A stretch of DNA of 64,000 nt from Thiotrichales bacterium (GTDB lineage: Bacteria > Pseudomonadota > Gammaproteobacteria > GCF-002020875): assembly GCA_018658305.1 (NCBI GenBank), contig JABHVM010000040.1, positions 2,829 through 66,828 on the forward strand. The letters are read 5' to 3'. Made by a program: the position numbers and the translations under genes. This document shows, piece after piece, positions 61,752 to 64,000 of this stretch (the stretch's first letter is position 1; each line of letters begins with the position of its first letter). The notes under the pieces were generated by a model, which was not told the DNA's origin, made no database searches, and saw only the letters and a program-made list of their open reading frames with translations.

Positions 61752-62192
61752 TTATCCATTTCTGCCTTCCCAGATACTATATATTTTATCAGACCAATGC
61801 GTCTGCACCCACGCTAAGATTGAGTCAATCTCCTCATCGCTAAGCATATCTTTAAACGATGGCATCTGTCCTCCTATGGAGAGACCTCCCTCCCTAACTG
61901 TTTTTTTCAGCAAAGAGAGAGAATGGTGCCAAGTGTGACCTGAACCATTTAATGGTGGAGCTGGATATTTACCATTCTCATCTAGATCTCTCCAGTTATA
62001 GACAGACGCCGCTTCTGGCCCATGACATGTCGCACAGTGAAGCTTAAAGAGTTCTTTACCTTGCTCAACCTGCTGCTCGCTATACCAGCGCCCATTGCTC
62101 ACACTATTACCATCCATCCGCTTAGATAACTGCACAACTATGAACAACAATACAAGAAGCACCCCCCATCCTAACAATGTTTTCCTATCCAC
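61752..62192 (-). CDS. Membrane-anchored monoheme c-type cytochrome
   Basis: N-terminal TM anchor; a single CATCH heme-binding motif; 146 aa. Confidence 0.7.
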   Translation of the reverse strand: MDRKTLLGWGVLLVLLFIVVQLSKRMDGNSVSNGRWYSEQQVEQGKELFKLHCATCHGPEAASVYNWRDLDENGKYPAPPLNGSGHTWHHSLSLLKKTVREGGLSIGGQMPSFKDMLSDEEIDSILAWVQTHWSDKIYSIWEGRNG

Positions 62193-62195
62193 TTA

Positions 62196-63026
62196 CTAAT
62201 TACTTAGATATCTATTTTTAGATTCGAATGGCATCATTAACATACCAGGAAGGCGCTCTACTTGTTTTGGATCACGAAATTCATTGAGACCAATAGTCAT
62301 CTCTTCATGACTCTCTAACGGTTGTGCTATATAAGTTCCAAACATCCTATCCCACCAAGGAAGACTAAATCCAAAATTAGAGTTTATCAATGGTTCATGG
62401 ACTGAGTGATGAACTCTATGCATATCTGGGGTTACGATAAGAAGTCGTAATATCCTATCAAATTTTCTTGGAATATATATGTTACCGTGGTTAAACATTG
62501 CGGTAGCATTTAGCATAATCTCGAAAATAATTACTGCTATGACAGATGGACCTAACAGCATTATAGTTGCGAACTTAATCAACATTGAGAAGATTATTTC
62601 AAGAGTATGAAAGCGAGCTCCAGTTGTCACATCATAATCTAGATCGGCATGATGTACTCGGTGGAGTCGCCAGAGAAGTGGGATAGCATGCACCATTATA
62701 TGTTGCAAATAGATAATCAAATCCATTGCTATCACTGCAATAATTAGAGCAAGCGGTGCTGTAATTTGATAGTAACGTAAAACTCCCCACCCTTGCTGCT
62801 CTGCAACCACTGCAACCCCAACCGCTGCGGCTGGAAATAAAAGACGAATTACCAAACTATTTAGAAATACGATCCCTAAATTATTTAACCAACGCCCGCT
62901 CTTTGGAAGAGTAAGTTTACGCCGAGGAGATATGACCTCCCATACAGAAATGACTGTAAACACCCCGAAGAAAAAGCTTAAACGAATAGGTAGTTCATTT
63001 TCTAGAGCTACTTCAATCCAGCTCAT
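62196..63026 (-). CDS. Fatty-acid hydroxylase / sterol desaturase superfamily integral membrane protein
   Basis: Histidine boxes HxxHH (HRVHHADLD, HRVHHS); four TM segments. Confidence 0.7.
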   Translation of the reverse strand: MSWIEVALENELPIRLSFFFGVFTVISVWEVISPRRKLTLPKSGRWLNNLGIVFLNSLVIRLLFPAAAVGVAVVAEQQGWGVLRYYQITAPLALIIAVIAMDLIIYLQHIMVHAIPLLWRLHRVHHADLDYDVTTGARFHTLEIIFSMLIKFATIMLLGPSVIAVIIFEIMLNATAMFNHGNIYIPRKFDRILRLLIVTPDMHRVHHSVHEPLINSNFGFSLPWWDRMFGTYIAQPLESHEEMTIGLNEFRDPKQVERLPGMLMMPFESKNRYLSN

Positions 63027-64000
63027 TAACTTTTATACCAATTAAGATTTAACTCTCTGGCTGCCCGCACATCATCTAAACGGCGCACTGGAAGTGTCCA
63101 TGGCGCATCTTTTAACATCTCTGGAGTATGCTCTGCCTCAGATAATATTGCCGCCATTGCATCTACAAATAGATCTAAAGTCTCTTTATCCTCTGTCTCT
63201 GTTGGCTCTATCAGAAGACACTCTGGAACTAATAGTGGAAAATAAGTTGTAGGCGCATGATGTCCGTAGTCTAAAAGGCGTTTAGCAAAGTCCATAGTTG
63301 ATATATTGAAACTTTTTGCTTCATTTTTGAGTGTCACAATAAACTCATGAGTTGCACGACGATCTGGGAGTGCCAGCGTAAATCCAGCTTCTTGCAACCT
63401 CTTCATCAGATAATTAGCGTTAAGCACTGAATACTCTGCAACCCGCTCCATCCCTTTACTACCCAACATTCTTGCATAGATATAGCCTCGTAGCAGAACA
63501 CCCACATTACCACTCCAAGCAGATAGACGACCAATCGTCCGAGGGCAATCATCCTCATCTAACCAACGATATTCAGACCCAAATTTCCCCACCATCGGAA
63601 TTGGCAGGTATGGAGATAATCTTTTATTTGCCACAACTGGGCCTGACCCTGGTCCACCACCACCATGTGGAGTCGAAAATGTTTTATGCACATTAATATG
63701 AATTACATCAAACCCCATATCACCAGGTCTTGTCTTGCCTAAAATCGCATTTAGGTTAGCCCCATCATAATAGAGCAGCCCTCCAGCCTTGTGCATAATT
63801 GACGCAATCTCCTCAATCTGGCGTTCAAACACACCGAGAGTTGAAGGGTTGGTCAACATAATACCTGCTGTTGCGGGCCCCACTACCTCTCTAAGTGCTG
63901 CAATATCTATATCACCAGTTTTAAGATCGGTTGGAATTTCACGCACTTTGTAACCACACATCACCGCCGAAGCAGGGTTAGTACCATGCGCCGCATCTGG
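63026..64000 (-). CDS. gcvPB: Glycine dehydrogenase (decarboxylating) subunit 2, with the N-terminus beyond the window end
   Basis: PLP-dependent GcvPB blocks ([18 protein letters not shown]); the reading frame continues in frame to position 64000 (…[13 protein letters not shown]…). Confidence 0.85.
   Translation of the reverse strand, partial: PDAAHGTNPASAVMCGYKVREIPTDLKTGDIDIAALREVVGPATAGIMLTNPSTLGVFERQIEEIASIMHKAGGLLYYDGANLNAILGKTRPGDMGFDVIHINVHKTFSTPHGGGGPGSGPVVANKRLSPYLPIPMVGKFGSEYRWLDEDDCPRTIGRLSAWSGNVGVLLRGYIYARMLGSKGMERVAEYSVLNANYLMKRLQEAGFTLALPDRRATHEFIVTLKNEAKSFNISTMDFAKRLLDYGHHAPTTYFPLLVPECLLIEPTETEDKETLDLFVDAMAAILSEAEHTPEMLKDAPWTLPVRRLDDVRAARELNLNWYKS

Overview
This 64 kb window is a gene-dense chromosomal segment from an AT-leaning (roughly 40-45% GC) gammaproteobacterium. 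About 65 protein-coding genes are visible and nearly all are recognisable housekeeping genes. Several blocks share gene order with Pseudomonas: engB-polA-hyp-thrB, argB-algC-dut-coaBC-radC, pilC-pilD-coaE, lpxC-secA-argJ and dsbA-cytochrome c4. Phosphoribulokinase, several c-type cytochromes, a TauE/SafE exporter and a glycolate-oxidase-like Fe-S protein suggest an autotrophic, possibly sulfur-oxidising, lifestyle. Many starts are TTG, and many adjacent genes overlap as ATGA or TAATG, which implies translational coupling. No rRNA, tRNA, CRISPR array, IS element or integrase was seen. The one clearly accessory stretch is a ~3.2 kb islet at 8.8-12.0 kb between thiE and a GGDEF sensor gene. It contains a C-terminal remnant of a HipA-family toxin kinase and two tandem, divergent-GC paralogues of the COG1373 AAA+ ATPase (DUF4143, with a PD-(D/E)xK-like tail). 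Each paralogue is preceded by its own perfect inverted repeat, and the islet ends at a strongly translated 37-aa ORF coupled to a periplasmic-sensor/PAS/GGDEF cyclase and a PstS-like binding protein. Other points worth a second look are a BirA gene with an intact N-terminal HTH but no canonical start codon, a triheme c4+c5-like cytochrome, an orphan ThiE-like domain where Pseudomonas has a MutT-ThiE fusion, loss of secM between lpxC and secA, a 391-aa protein with no recognisable domain, a GGDEF cyclase directly upstream of prk, and a gcvPB-membrane hydroxylase-cytochrome c gene string.
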